From contig CAJUPN010000001.1 in NCBI GenBank assembly GCA_910588195.1, forward strand, positions 211,343 through 275,342: a stretch of 64,000 nucleotides of DNA. Direction: 5' to 3'. Below are positions 47,066-57,015 of the stretch, piece by piece (the first letter of the stretch is position 1; each line of letters starts with the position of its first letter). Under the pieces are notes generated by a model. That model made no database searches. It saw nothing but the letters and a program-made list of their open reading frames with translations, and was not told where the DNA came from. A program made the translations under genes and the position numbers. The DNA is from an uncultured Bacilli bacterium (GTDB lineage: Bacteria; Bacillota_I; Bacilli_A; RF39; UBA660).

Positions 47066-48844
47066 GTGAACGATATGTTTGATATAAAAATTAAAGATAA
47101 GTTACTTACTATTGGCAAAGTAATAACTTCTGTATTTGGAGATAAATATAAAGATATTATATGCAAAAAAATAGATGAAGCCATATATATTTATTATTGT
47201 AATCATATTGGTATGGAAAAATATGCTAATGAAATGTTAGATTCTAAAAGAGATGAGTTATGTTTAAAGTTTTTATCTGTATTGGGAATCAATATTAGTA
47301 AGTACGATGGAATGTATTATAATGAAATAGCATATCAGAGATTTTTAGAAGATATTAAACTTTTTATGGGAAATCATAATCCTTTTTTGAATGATGGACA
47401 TATTTATTTGGGAATATTTTCTTTTAAAAATGAGTCCATTTTTAATGAATTAGATGAAGTATCTCAAATAGAGTTTTTAAATGACTATTTTTTTAAAGGA
47501 GAAGATGTTTTAAATGCCAATAATTATAATGATTTTAAAGAAACTAAATACTTTAAAAGATTTTATAGTAAGTTAGAAGATTATTTAAAATACTTTGAAG
47601 AATTAAAAGTTGAGTATATAAGTTATAAAAAGAAATATGCTGATTCATACTTAGAGTATTCTTCTAGAAAAAAAGAAAGATTTGAATTTATAAAAGAACA
47701 AAATAAAGTTTCTTTATATAAAGCTATTGAAGATTCTTTGCCAGAAGCAGTTCAAGATATATTGAAAAGTAAATATTCTAGTAAAAAGGATAGGGCACAA
47801 ATACTAGGTGATGTTGATGATGAATTGTTTGGATTTAAATGTTTTTCTACTCCTTCAATTGAAGAAGATGTTTTGGATAGTTTATTAGATTATTTTAAAT
47901 TTCTTGAAGTTATAGATGAAATTCCAACTTCTTTAAGTGAAAAGATTGAATTATATAATAAGATAACTAAAGATGAAAAATATGAAGCGTTTATTCCTTC
48001 TTTGGAAGTGATAAGTGATATTCAAGAATATAAAAAGGAGTTATTATTTAATTCTATTCTTATGCTACTTATGGAGGATGAAACGTTTAACAAATATGCA
48101 GATTTAAATAAAATTAGTTTTGAATCTCGTTTAAATTTTGCTTCATGTATGATTAATTTATGTAATTTTGTTTCTTCTGCTAAATGTGGTAGTGATTTTG
48201 TTTCGGTATTATTTTGTACTATTGTTACTTCATCACTAGGGCATGTTGATGCTGTTATGATTCATGAATTTATTCACCTTATTTTTCAAATTTTTGTAAA
48301 TGATGAATATAAAGTTTCAGGATTTGAAATGTTATATTTGGATTGTAATAATAATAAAATTAAAGACCCTAAAAATTTGAATCCTTATAACAATAATTAC
48401 AGAATTAATGAAAGATTTAATGAGACTATTGTTGATATTCTTACGGATAAAGTTTTGTATATGCTTCATAAAATGTGGGGAATATATTTATTTGAAGATA
48501 AGAGTTTGATAAAGCCTTATGACAATATTAATACTGATTCTATATTAAGGCGTATTTTAGAGCCATTTGTAAATGATTATTTTGATATTCTAATTGAAGC
48601 AATGATGGTGGGGGATTTAAATATTTTATATGATCGAGTAGGAAAAGATAATGTTATGAAATTAAATGAAGTTATAAATTATGTAGACTTTCTTATAGAT
48701 AAGTTCCATTTAGTTAAGGAAATCGATGAAGATTCTAATTGTTCGCAAGTTTATAAAAAATATATTGAAGAAGTTGAGGAAGTCTTAAATATATATGAGC
48801 AAATGAGAAATTATGAAGATAATAAAAGTAGGAAAATTAGTTAA
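47066..48844 (+). CDS. hypothetical protein with HExxH zincin-like motif
   Basis: 592 aa, contains ..DAVMIHEFIHLIFQ.. (HExxH). No other family signature recognised. Confidence 0.5.
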   Translation: MNDMFDIKIKDKLLTIGKVITSVFGDKYKDIICKKIDEAIYIYYCNHIGMEKYANEMLDSKRDELCLKFLSVLGINISKYDGMYYNEIAYQRFLEDIKLFMGNHNPFLNDGHIYLGIFSFKNESIFNELDEVSQIEFLNDYFFKGEDVLNANNYNDFKETKYFKRFYSKLEDYLKYFEELKVEYISYKKKYADSYLEYSSRKKERFEFIKEQNKVSLYKAIEDSLPEAVQDILKSKYSSKKDRAQILGDVDDELFGFKCFSTPSIEEDVLDSLLDYFKFLEVIDEIPTSLSEKIELYNKITKDEKYEAFIPSLEVISDIQEYKKELLFNSILMLLMEDETFNKYADLNKISFESRLNFASCMINLCNFVSSAKCGSDFVSVLFCTIVTSSLGHVDAVMIHEFIHLIFQIFVNDEYKVSGFEMLYLDCNNNKIKDPKNLNPYNNNYRINERFNETIVDILTDKVLYMLHKMWGIYLFEDKSLIKPYDNINTDSILRRILEPFVNDYFDILIEAMMVGDLNILYDRVGKDNVMKLNEVINYVDFLIDKFHLVKEIDEDSNCSQVYKKYIEEVEEVLNIYEQMRNYEDNKSRKIS

Positions 48845-48929
48845 TAATTATCCTATTTTTTTTGTTTAAATAAGTACTTCATTTTTTATGTCAATTATGC
48901 TAGAATTATGATAGTATGGTGAGGTTAAA

Positions 48930-51900
48930 ATGAGGATAAAGAAATCAACTATTTTATTATTAATTTTTGTATTAACTATTGGATTTGCAACAATAAGTAC
49001 GATTCTAAATATGAATGGAAGTTTAGCATTAGGAGAGAATGATTTAAAAGTAAAGTTTAATAGATCATTATTAAATGGAGCCAACAGGCCAACGTTCATA
49101 AATAAAGAAGGAAATATAATAACTTTTGGATCAGGAGATTTAATAGAAGAAGGCGAATCTGTCTTAGATTATGAAGTAGTAAATATGAGTAGACAGTATG
49201 ATGCTAATGTACAAGTAACATGTACAACAGATGCTAAAAATGTAACTATAAATAATCCATCAGAGCCAACAAGATTAAATTCAGGAGATGTAATAACAGG
49301 AAATGTATCTTTAGTTTCTACAAAAAGAGAAGAGACTGGAGAAGTACCAAGTGACGCTATAAAATTATATGATTATATAAAAGGGCAATCAAAAGGATTA
49401 GATACAACTGTTGGGCTTGATTATAATGAAGTAAATAAAGAACATGGAGTATATGAGACAACTAGTACAGATTCAGGAAAGTCTGTATACTTTTATAGAG
49501 GATTAGTAAATAACAAAATAATCTATGCAAATAAATGTTGGGATATTGTAAGAACAACAGAAACTGGAGGTACAAAACTTTTATATGCAGGAATACCAGT
49601 TAATGGAAGTTGTGATCAATCAAAAGTTTTATCAGGGGCAACCGAATTTATAGGTTCATCAGTTTGGGTGGAAAAGGTAACAACTGATAAAGAAGTTGCT
49701 GATGTTGGATACATGCATGGAAAATACAATGCTTCAAGTTACGAGGAAGCTCATGAAAACTTATATGATTCTGATATTAAAAAGAAAGTTGACAATTGGT
49801 ATGAAAAAAATATAAAAGATACAAAATACGAAGAAATGTTAGAAGATACAGTATATTGTAATGATAGAAGTGTTGTAAAAGACTTTTCTACTGCAACAGG
49901 AGATATGGTTTTAAATACAACTGTTGAGTGTGAGGTAAGTGAGAGTGACCCTGATTGCAAGGATGGTAAAAAAGTAGTTGAAAATATAGTTACATTGAAA
50001 GATTATTATAAAGATAATTTAGGATATGGAACACATCCAACTTTATTTAAAGCAGCAACAAGGTTAGGAACAGGAACTTTAGGAAATTCTACGAATCCAA
50101 CTTTAAAGTGTGAACAGTTAAATGATAGATTTACTGTATCTGATAGTATTGGAAATGGAGATTTGAAATATCCAATAGCATTATTAACAGCCGATGAAGC
50201 AATTTATGCTGGTACTACCGATGGGTGGGGTAACAGGAGTAATTTTGACAATTATTTATATCGTAAGGATCGCTTTAGCTCAAATATTGATTATACTTCT
50301 ATATCATTTTGGCTGATGACTCCTTTATTTAGTCATCCTCAAGGTGGTAATATGATGTCAGTAGCTAAATATAAAAATAATGCAAGATTGGGACATGATC
50401 ATATAAAATATATAACTTCTTCTATCGTCCCAACAATATCATTAAATAATGAGAACTATATAGTATCGGGAGAAGAAAGTGTAGATGATCCTTTCATATT
50501 ATTTACAAAGGGAACAGTAAGTGATAAGGTAACATGTACATTAGATATGCAAAGAATAGAAAGAGAAGAATTAGGAGAAGAATTTGATGGAGTAAGATCT
50601 TTGTATGAATCGGTAAAGTTATTATCATTAGGAACAGATAAAGAGAATAATATAAATTATAATAAGATATCAAGTGATAGTAATGGAAAAGGTGTGTATG
50701 AGACAAGTGATACAGATTCAGGAAAGAAAGTATATTTTTATCGAGGAAATGTAGAAGATAATAATGTCATATTTGCAGATAAATGTTGGCAAATAGTGAG
50801 AACAACATCAAGTAATGGAACGAAGTTAATATATAATGGAGAAGTATTAGAAGATGGAAGTTGTAATAGCAGTGGAGAAGAAAGAGGAATTGGATTAAGT
50901 TCTTGGAATTCTGTTTATGGAGATAATACATATGCAGGATATATGTATGGAACACCAAATGCAAGTACTTATGAAGAGACACATCAGCCAGTTTCAGATA
51001 CAGTCATAAAGACCATGATAGATAGTTGGTATGAAGAGAATATAAAGGATACTAAATATGAAGAGTTGTTAGAAGATATCGTGTTTTGTAATGAAAAGTC
51101 AGTAGAGATAGATTTTTCAAATTATACATATCCAGGGTGGTTAAAAGTAGATAATTATAAAAATGATGGATCAGGAACAAAGAATACATTGTATCAAGGA
51201 AGTGGACGAGTAGGAATAAATGCAGGAATAACTAAGCCAACATTGACATGTAGTCAGTTAAATGACCGATTCACTGTAAGTAATAGTATCGGAAATGGAG
51301 CATTAAAATATCCAATTGGTCTTTTAAGTGCCGATGAAGTAGTGTATGCAGGATCAACAGGAGGATTCCAAGGAAAAAATACTGAGGCCAATAATTTTGA
51401 TTATTATTTATTTGTTGGAGGAAAACACACATGGACAATGACACCACATCGAGCAGATGCCAATAATATAATGTTGGTAATAGGAGCCGAAGGAAATATC
51501 GGAAATGAAGTAGTGCAGATGGATAATGTTTTAGTAAGACCAGTAATCTCGATTAGAAGTGATATAATGATAGTCGATGGAAATGGAACAAAAATATCAC
51601 CATATATCTTAAAAGCAAAAAAAGAAGTAGATGAAAGTAAAATACCAAGTGAATGGAAAGATAATGGAATATTTAAAGAATATTATGTAGATGCCTATAC
51701 AAAATTAAATACATTAACAGTAGAAGAAAAAGTTGGACAGTTAATAATGGCTCATCATAATCAGAAAACAGCAATAGAAGGTGTAACTAAATATAATATT
51801 GGTGGATATACATACTTTGAACCAGACTTCTTAGGAAAAACAGAAGGAGAAGTCAAGAAGATGATAGCTGATGAACAAGCAGCAAGTAAAATACCATTAA

Positions 51901-52730
51901 TAACAGCTGTTGATGAAGAAGGTGGAAGAGTAGTAAGAATATCTTCAAATACTAGTTTAGTAAGTAATGAGATGAGTAAATATCCAAATTTATTCTATAC
52001 TAATATAAATAATAAAAATGCCTGGAAGTTATCGAAAGATTTATATAGAGAGTCAGGAAATAATTTTACTTTAATAGAACAAGAAACAAGAGTAAAAAGT
52101 GCAGTATTAAAAAGATTAGGATTAAATGTTAATTTTGCACCAGTAGTAGATATGGCAATAGAAGGAGCATATATTTCTGATCGTGTAATCGGATTAGATG
52201 CTAGAGGAACAGCAGAGTATGGAAAAACAGTAATAAAAACAAGTAAAGAAACAGGAGTTTCATACTGTTTAAAACACTTCCCAGGGTATGGAAACAATTC
52301 AGATACTCATGATACAGGAAGTGTAGATAATAAAACATTAGAAGAATTAATGGAAAATGATATCGTACCATTTAAAGAATCTATAGATAATGGGGCAGAA
52401 ATTATTATGGTTGCTCATAACACAGTAGCAGCAATAGATTCAAATAATCCAGCATCTTTATCAAAAGGAGTGCATGATTTATTAGTAAATGAGCTAAACT
52501 TCACTGGAATAATGATAACTGATGCTTTAGATATGGGAGCAACAAAAGATATACCAGATAAGTTTGTTAAAGCAGTAAAAGCAGGAAATCATTTATTACT
52601 AGTACAAGATTATGCTCGAGCATATACTGAACTAAATGAAGCTGTAAAAAATGGAAGCATAAGTGAAGATGAATTAAATAAACAAGTCTTCAAAGTATTA
52701 GCTTGGAAATATTATAAAGGTCTTTTATAG
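48930..52730 (+). CDS. large secreted protein: shared N-terminal module + two ~400-aa tandem repeats + C-terminal GH3 (NagZ-like beta-N-acetylhexosaminidase) domain
   Basis: N-terminus MRIKKSTILLLIFVLTIGFATISTIL...VVNMSRQYDANV is homologous to 10580 and 12912. Two internal repeats each carry (V/Y)FYRG..KCW(D/Q)IVRTT..GTKL(L/I)Y. C-terminal GH3 motifs KHFPGYG and GIMITDALDM. Confidence 0.75.
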   Translation: MRIKKSTILLLIFVLTIGFATISTILNMNGSLALGENDLKVKFNRSLLNGANRPTFINKEGNIITFGSGDLIEEGESVLDYEVVNMSRQYDANVQVTCTTDAKNVTINNPSEPTRLNSGDVITGNVSLVSTKREETGEVPSDAIKLYDYIKGQSKGLDTTVGLDYNEVNKEHGVYETTSTDSGKSVYFYRGLVNNKIIYANKCWDIVRTTETGGTKLLYAGIPVNGSCDQSKVLSGATEFIGSSVWVEKVTTDKEVADVGYMHGKYNASSYEEAHENLYDSDIKKKVDNWYEKNIKDTKYEEMLEDTVYCNDRSVVKDFSTATGDMVLNTTVECEVSESDPDCKDGKKVVENIVTLKDYYKDNLGYGTHPTLFKAATRLGTGTLGNSTNPTLKCEQLNDRFTVSDSIGNGDLKYPIALLTADEAIYAGTTDGWGNRSNFDNYLYRKDRFSSNIDYTSISFWLMTPLFSHPQGGNMMSVAKYKNNARLGHDHIKYITSSIVPTISLNNENYIVSGEESVDDPFILFTKGTVSDKVTCTLDMQRIEREELGEEFDGVRSLYESVKLLSLGTDKENNINYNKISSDSNGKGVYETSDTDSGKKVYFYRGNVEDNNVIFADKCWQIVRTTSSNGTKLIYNGEVLEDGSCNSSGEERGIGLSSWNSVYGDNTYAGYMYGTPNASTYEETHQPVSDTVIKTMIDSWYEENIKDTKYEELLEDIVFCNEKSVEIDFSNYTYPGWLKVDNYKNDGSGTKNTLYQGSGRVGINAGITKPTLTCSQLNDRFTVSNSIGNGALKYPIGLLSADEVVYAGSTGGFQGKNTEANNFDYYLFVGGKHTWTMTPHRADANNIMLVIGAEGNIGNEVVQMDNVLVRPVISIRSDIMIVDGNGTKISPYILKAKKEVDESKIPSEWKDNGIFKEYYVDAYTKLNTLTVEEKVGQLIMAHHNQKTAIEGVTKYNIGGYTYFEPDFLGKTEGEVKKMIADEQAASKIPLITAVDEEGGRVVRISSNTSLVSNEMSKYPNLFYTNINNKNAWKLSKDLYRESGNNFTLIEQETRVKSAVLKRLGLNVNFAPVVDMAIEGAYISDRVIGLDARGTAEYGKTVIKTSKETGVSYCLKHFPGYGNNSDTHDTGSVDNKTLEELMENDIVPFKESIDNGAEIIMVAHNTVAAIDSNNPASLSKGVHDLLVNELNFTGIMITDALDMGATKDIPDKFVKAVKAGNHLLLVQDYARAYTELNEAVKNGSISEDELNKQVFKVLAWKYYKGLL

Positions 52731-52758
52731 AAAGAATAGCAATATTCTTTCTTTTTTG
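52731..52758 (+). terminator. rho-independent terminator
   Basis: agaatagcaatattct hairpin plus T6. Confidence 0.55.
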
Positions 52759-52793
52759 ATATAATAATTTTTACTAGATTGGAGAGGATATGA

Positions 52794-53432
52794 ATGAGAG
52801 AATTATATAATAAACTTTTTAATATAATAGTAAATAAAAAAAGTGATAGGAATGACTTAATTTATGAAGCTATCAACCTTTTTTTAGAGCATTCTGATGA
52901 GATGAGTATGGATGAGTTTTTTACTATTAGAGAATTTTTAAGAATTTTGTCTTCTAAGAATGATTTGTCAGTAGAATCATTAGATGCTGAAAAGCCTGTG
53001 CTTACACTTGATGATTTAATAATAAAATTACAAATTCCAAAGTTGTCTATGAACCCATCAACGTTCTTTAAAGAAGAAAAGCATTATACTAGTTCAAATG
53101 CTTTATATGATGATTTTAGATTAGTTCTTTTAAATAAAGATTCTTTTAAAACTAAACATAAGGATTATATCCATAATTGGTGTTTAATGGTTGCAAGAAT
53201 TGTTTCAGATGAACTTGAAAAAATGGAATTAGAAGAAGATGAGAATTTAATACAGTTTAAGTATCTTTTGCATTTAATAATATCTGGCTATGGTGTGGAA
53301 GAAAATGCAGAACACTTATCAGAACTTGATGAAAGAGTTAATATACAAAGGGAAAAAGTAACAGAAGCTTCTATTCTCGTTTTATTTAAAAAATATATGA
53401 AAGGTAAACGCCTAGAAAAAATAACACGTTAA
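52794..53432 (+). CDS. hypothetical protein
   Basis: 212-aa ORF with RBS ggagagg. No motif recognised. Confidence 0.45.
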   Translation: MRELYNKLFNIIVNKKSDRNDLIYEAINLFLEHSDEMSMDEFFTIREFLRILSSKNDLSVESLDAEKPVLTLDDLIIKLQIPKLSMNPSTFFKEEKHYTSSNALYDDFRLVLLNKDSFKTKHKDYIHNWCLMVARIVSDELEKMELEEDENLIQFKYLLHLIISGYGVEENAEHLSELDERVNIQREKVTEASILVLFKKYMKGKRLEKITR

Positions 53433-53448
53433 AAGCGTGTTATTTTAC
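53420..53448. terminator. bidirectional hairpin terminator between convergent genes
   Basis: aacacgtt/aaa/agcgtgtt hairpin with flanking T/A runs. Overlaps the first copy of an 18-bp direct repeat. Confidence 0.5.
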
Positions 53449-53456
53449 ATTTAAAT
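53439..53456 (+). repeat. 18-bp direct repeat copy 1 (gttattttacatttaaat)
   Basis: Exact 18-mer recurring at ~54045; preceded by gcgt in both copies. Confidence 0.5.
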
Positions 53457-53460
53457 ATTT

Positions 53461-53805
53461 CTAATTAGATACATGTTCTGATATCCATTCGTAATACTTT
53501 TTACGTTTTAGAATAGATAATTTATATTTATCGCCATTATTCATTGTTAGTAAAATTCCAAAAGGGAAGAAAGGTGGCGTTAGACATGTTTTTACAGTGC
53601 TTATATCTTTTATATCAATTTCCCAACTGACACTTTCCGTTCCAAATAATCCTGATGCTAAAAATGCAATCCTTTTATCTGTAAAATAATATCTTCCTGA
53701 TACTTGTTTGTTAATGGTGAATTTTGGCATTTTCCAACAATCACCAGCTACATTTCCAGCAAATAATTGTTCATCTTTTTTTGTTTCAAATAATTTTTTT
53801 CCCAT
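53461..53805 (-). CDS. small PH/GRAM-like domain protein
   Basis: 114 aa. Beta-rich with ..YYFTDKRIAF.. pattern reminiscent of bacterial PH (bPH/GRAM) domains. RBS aaaggag on the minus strand. Confidence 0.4.
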   Translation of the reverse strand: MGKKLFETKKDEQLFAGNVAGDCWKMPKFTINKQVSGRYYFTDKRIAFLASGLFGTESVSWEIDIKDISTVKTCLTPPFFPFGILLTMNNGDKYKLSILKRKKYYEWISEHVSN

Positions 53806-54044
53806 ATTAATCTCCTTTTAAATCTTTATTACTAGATAATTATATCATTAAAAAACTAAATTTAAAATAGATACTTTTTTATAAAGAAATAAAGGGGATT
53901 ATTGTGACGATTGATGTTAGAAAATATAAATTGTTTTAAGTAATGTATATATCTTATTATCTTTATATCATTTTAATTGTTCATTGTTCAAAAGTTATGA
54001 AGTAAATATAAGAAGTTATTTAGTATAGTGGTTATCTTTTGTGC

Positions 54045-54062
54045 GTTATTTTACATTTAAAT
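54045..54062 (+). repeat. 18-bp direct repeat copy 2 (gttattttacatttaaat)
   Basis: Identical to 53439-53456; lies in the ftsK upstream region. Confidence 0.5.
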
Positions 54063-54120
54063 TTACAAATATAATTTATTAAAAGAGATATTTAATGTAT
54101 AATAAAATTAGGGTGATATT

Positions 54121-56367
54121 ATGGCTAAACGTAAGAGAAAAAAACAAAGTAGTCCATCGGGTTTTAAGTTTTCTGTTGAAATAGTTGGTCTAATATTAAT
54201 TTTAGTTGGGGTTATTGGTTTAGGAGTATTTGGTCCCGTTGGTAATATTATAAAAGAGTTTGCTATTTTTTTATTTGGATCTTATTATAATGCTTTAATT
54301 GTATTAGTTTTATTACTTGGAACTTATATGTTATTTAAAAGAAGTTTACCTAATTTTTTTAATTCAAGACTTATAGGTTTATATTTAGTGTTTTTAGTAA
54401 TTTTAACTTTTGCACATATGAATCATGTTGAGGCAGGAGTTAAATTAGGGACGGCTATTAATTCTTCAACGGAAGTTTATTTAAATGTTATTGGAAGTGG
54501 AAACTTTGTTGGACTTAGTCAAACTGGTGGAGGAATAATAGGTCTTATTTCCTCTTGGTGTTTTGTAAGTTTATTAGATAAAATTGGGACTTATATTATT
54601 TTAGTTGTTATAAGTATATTTGCATTAATTATGTTATTTAATATTTCTTTTGCTGATATGATTGATAAGATTCAAGATATGTGGAAAAATCGCGAAAAAC
54701 CAGAACGTAAAGAAAAGAAAAAAGAAGATAAGGAAGAAAAAAGAAAGATTTATGATCAAGATGAGGAAGATGATGATGATCCTACAATATTAATAAATTC
54801 TGTTCAAGAACTTAAAAATCATGTTAAGGAAGAAATAGAAGTAAAACCAGAAATTCCTTTATCTCCTGTTCAAGAAGTTCCTTTGATTACAATAAATTCT
54901 AATTATCGTTTACCTAAACTTGATGAAGTTTTAGATCCACTTAAAAAAAATAAAAAACAAAATAGTGAAGATTTTATTAAACAGACTAGTCTTTCTTTAC
55001 AAAATGTTTTAGCTGATTTTCAAATAACTGGTAAAGTAGTTGACTATCATGAAGGACCAACGGTTACACAATTTGAGGTTGCTATAAAAAATGGTACAAA
55101 GGTAAGTAAAATAACTGGTTTGTCTAAAGAAATTGCTCTTGCTTTAGCTGCTAAAGATGTTCGTATAGAAGCTCCAATTCCAGGGAAGACAACTGTTGGA
55201 GTTGAAATTCCTAATAAGACAACTTTAAGTGTTCCAGTAAGAGAAGTTTTAGAATCAAAACAAAGAGACATGTCAGGTATGAAAATACCAGTATCTTTAG
55301 GTAAAGATATTAATGGTAATAATTGTGTTGCTGATCTTTCAAAAACACCTCATTTACTTGTTGCTGGTTCTACTGGTAGTGGTAAGTCAGTATGTATAAA
55401 TTCTTTTATTAATAGTATTTTAATTAATAAAAGACCTGATGAAGTAAAACTTTTATTAGTTGATCCTAAAAAGGTTGAGTTATCAAATTATAATGGAATA
55501 CCTCACTTATTATGTCCAGTTGTGTGTGATCCTAAAAAAGCTAGTATAGCTTTACAAAATATTGTTAAAGAAATGGAAAAGAGATACGATTTATTCGCTG
55601 ATGAAAAAGTTAAAAACATTTCAGGATATAATGAAAAGATGGCAGGGTTAAAAAAGAAAAATCCAGAAGATAATACGATACAATTAATGAGTTATATAGT
55701 TGTTATAATTGACGAGTTAGCAGATTTGATGCTAGTTGCTTCTAAAGAAGTTGAAGATTCAATAATGCGTATCACGCAGATGGCTCGTGCTGCTGGTATT
55801 CACTTAATTGTTGCAACACAAAGACCATCAACAGATGTTATTACTGGTGTTGTTAAGTCTAATATACCTTCAAGAATCGCTTTTGCTGTTGCTTCTCAAA
55901 TTGATTCTAGAACAATTTTAGATATGGGGGGAGCAGAAAAATTATTAGGTAAAGGTGATATGCTTTATAAACCTATGGGTGAAAATACACCTTTACGTAT
56001 TCAAGGTAACTTCATAAGTGATGAAGAAATAGAAAGAGTAATTTCGTATGTTTCTAAAGAACAGGCTGCTTCTTATGATGAATCAATAACACAAGCAAGT
56101 GGAGACTCTATTTCTACATCTAATGTTGGAGGAGAAAGAGATACTGATGATGATGATCCTTTATATAATGAAATAGTTGATTTTGCAATTGAGTCGAGAA
56201 AAGTTTCTGCTTCTTTATTACAAAGAAGGTTTAGATTAGGATATAATCGTGCAGCTAGAATAGTTGATTTACTTGAAGAAAGAGGAGTTATTGGTCCTGC
56301 TAATGGAAGTAAACCAAGAGAAGTTTTGATTGGTAAAGACGGAAGTTCTATGGAATCTGTTGAATAG
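54121..56367 (+). CDS. ftsK: DNA translocase FtsK/SpoIIIE
   Basis: N-terminal 4-5 TM, Walker A GSTGSGKSV, Walker B IVVIIDELADLM and C-terminal gamma winged-helix (..LYNEIVDFAIESRKVSASLLQRRFRLGYNRAARIVDLLEERGVIGP..). Confidence 0.9.
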   Translation: MAKRKRKKQSSPSGFKFSVEIVGLILILVGVIGLGVFGPVGNIIKEFAIFLFGSYYNALIVLVLLLGTYMLFKRSLPNFFNSRLIGLYLVFLVILTFAHMNHVEAGVKLGTAINSSTEVYLNVIGSGNFVGLSQTGGGIIGLISSWCFVSLLDKIGTYIILVVISIFALIMLFNISFADMIDKIQDMWKNREKPERKEKKKEDKEEKRKIYDQDEEDDDDPTILINSVQELKNHVKEEIEVKPEIPLSPVQEVPLITINSNYRLPKLDEVLDPLKKNKKQNSEDFIKQTSLSLQNVLADFQITGKVVDYHEGPTVTQFEVAIKNGTKVSKITGLSKEIALALAAKDVRIEAPIPGKTTVGVEIPNKTTLSVPVREVLESKQRDMSGMKIPVSLGKDINGNNCVADLSKTPHLLVAGSTGSGKSVCINSFINSILINKRPDEVKLLLVDPKKVELSNYNGIPHLLCPVVCDPKKASIALQNIVKEMEKRYDLFADEKVKNISGYNEKMAGLKKKNPEDNTIQLMSYIVVIIDELADLMLVASKEVEDSIMRITQMARAAGIHLIVATQRPSTDVITGVVKSNIPSRIAFAVASQIDSRTILDMGGAEKLLGKGDMLYKPMGENTPLRIQGNFISDEEIERVISYVSKEQAASYDESITQASGDSISTSNVGGERDTDDDDPLYNEIVDFAIESRKVSASLLQRRFRLGYNRAARIVDLLEERGVIGPANGSKPREVLIGKDGSSMESVE

Positions 56368-56434
56368 TATTGACTTCTTATCTATGTGTATGGTAGAATA
56401 ATCGGCACATACATTAACCGTCATGCTTGTGAAA

Positions 56435-56463
56435 TTGACAAAATTAGGGCGTAATGGTATAAT
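56435..56463 (+). promoter_or_regulatory. consensus sigma-A promoter TTGACA-17-TATAAT
   Basis: ttgacaaaattagggcgtaatggtataat followed by RBS gaatgaggggg. Confidence 0.5.
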
Positions 56464-56496
56464 AATCTCGAATTTAAGGAATGAGGGGGAAACTAT

Positions 56497-56916
56497 ATGA
56501 AAGGATACATTCTTGATTATATCAACGAAAATGAATTTAAGAAGCTTGAACGTGCATTAAAAAAGTATAATATGTTAGCGTTTAAGAAGTTGAATTTTGA
56601 ATATTATCCGTCCTTAAGAAATGGTGAATTTTTAGGAGAACTTATGAGTAGTGACAAAAAAAATGACACTGAAACTTATGAGTTAAAATTACCTAGTGAT
56701 CACTTGTTTACTCAAGTACATGGAGAAGTCAAATTAAGATATATTGTTTATAAGAAACAAAATGTTGTTATGCTTGATACAATAATGCCTACTGATATAT
56801 TATTAGAAGGACATGTAGCCGAGCTTACTACATATAAGGGTGTAATGATATCTAAAGCTAATGCTGATAAAGATAAATTTATGATTAATCTATTCTCAGC
56901 AATGGATAATAAATAG
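56497..56916 (+). CDS. hypothetical protein with possible RelE/ParE-like toxin fold
   Basis: 139 aa. Weak resemblance to RelE/ParE (N-terminal helices ..FKKLERALKKY.. and C-terminal ..VKLRYIVYKKQNVVMLDTI..). No adjacent antitoxin-like ORF. Confidence 0.35.
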   Translation: MKGYILDYINENEFKKLERALKKYNMLAFKKLNFEYYPSLRNGEFLGELMSSDKKNDTETYELKLPSDHLFTQVHGEVKLRYIVYKKQNVVMLDTIMPTDILLEGHVAELTTYKGVMISKANADKDKFMINLFSAMDNK

Positions 56917-56918
56917 TA

Positions 56919-56946
56919 GAAGGTACCATATAATGGTACTTTTTTA
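56919..56946 (+). terminator. rho-independent terminator
   Basis: aaggtaccatat/aatggtactt hairpin plus T6. Confidence 0.6.
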
Positions 56947-57015
56947 AATATCTAAAGTTTACAATTTTTGTTTTTTTTGTTAGAATAGGTGGCAATCGTT
57001 TGGGAGTGCTAATCT

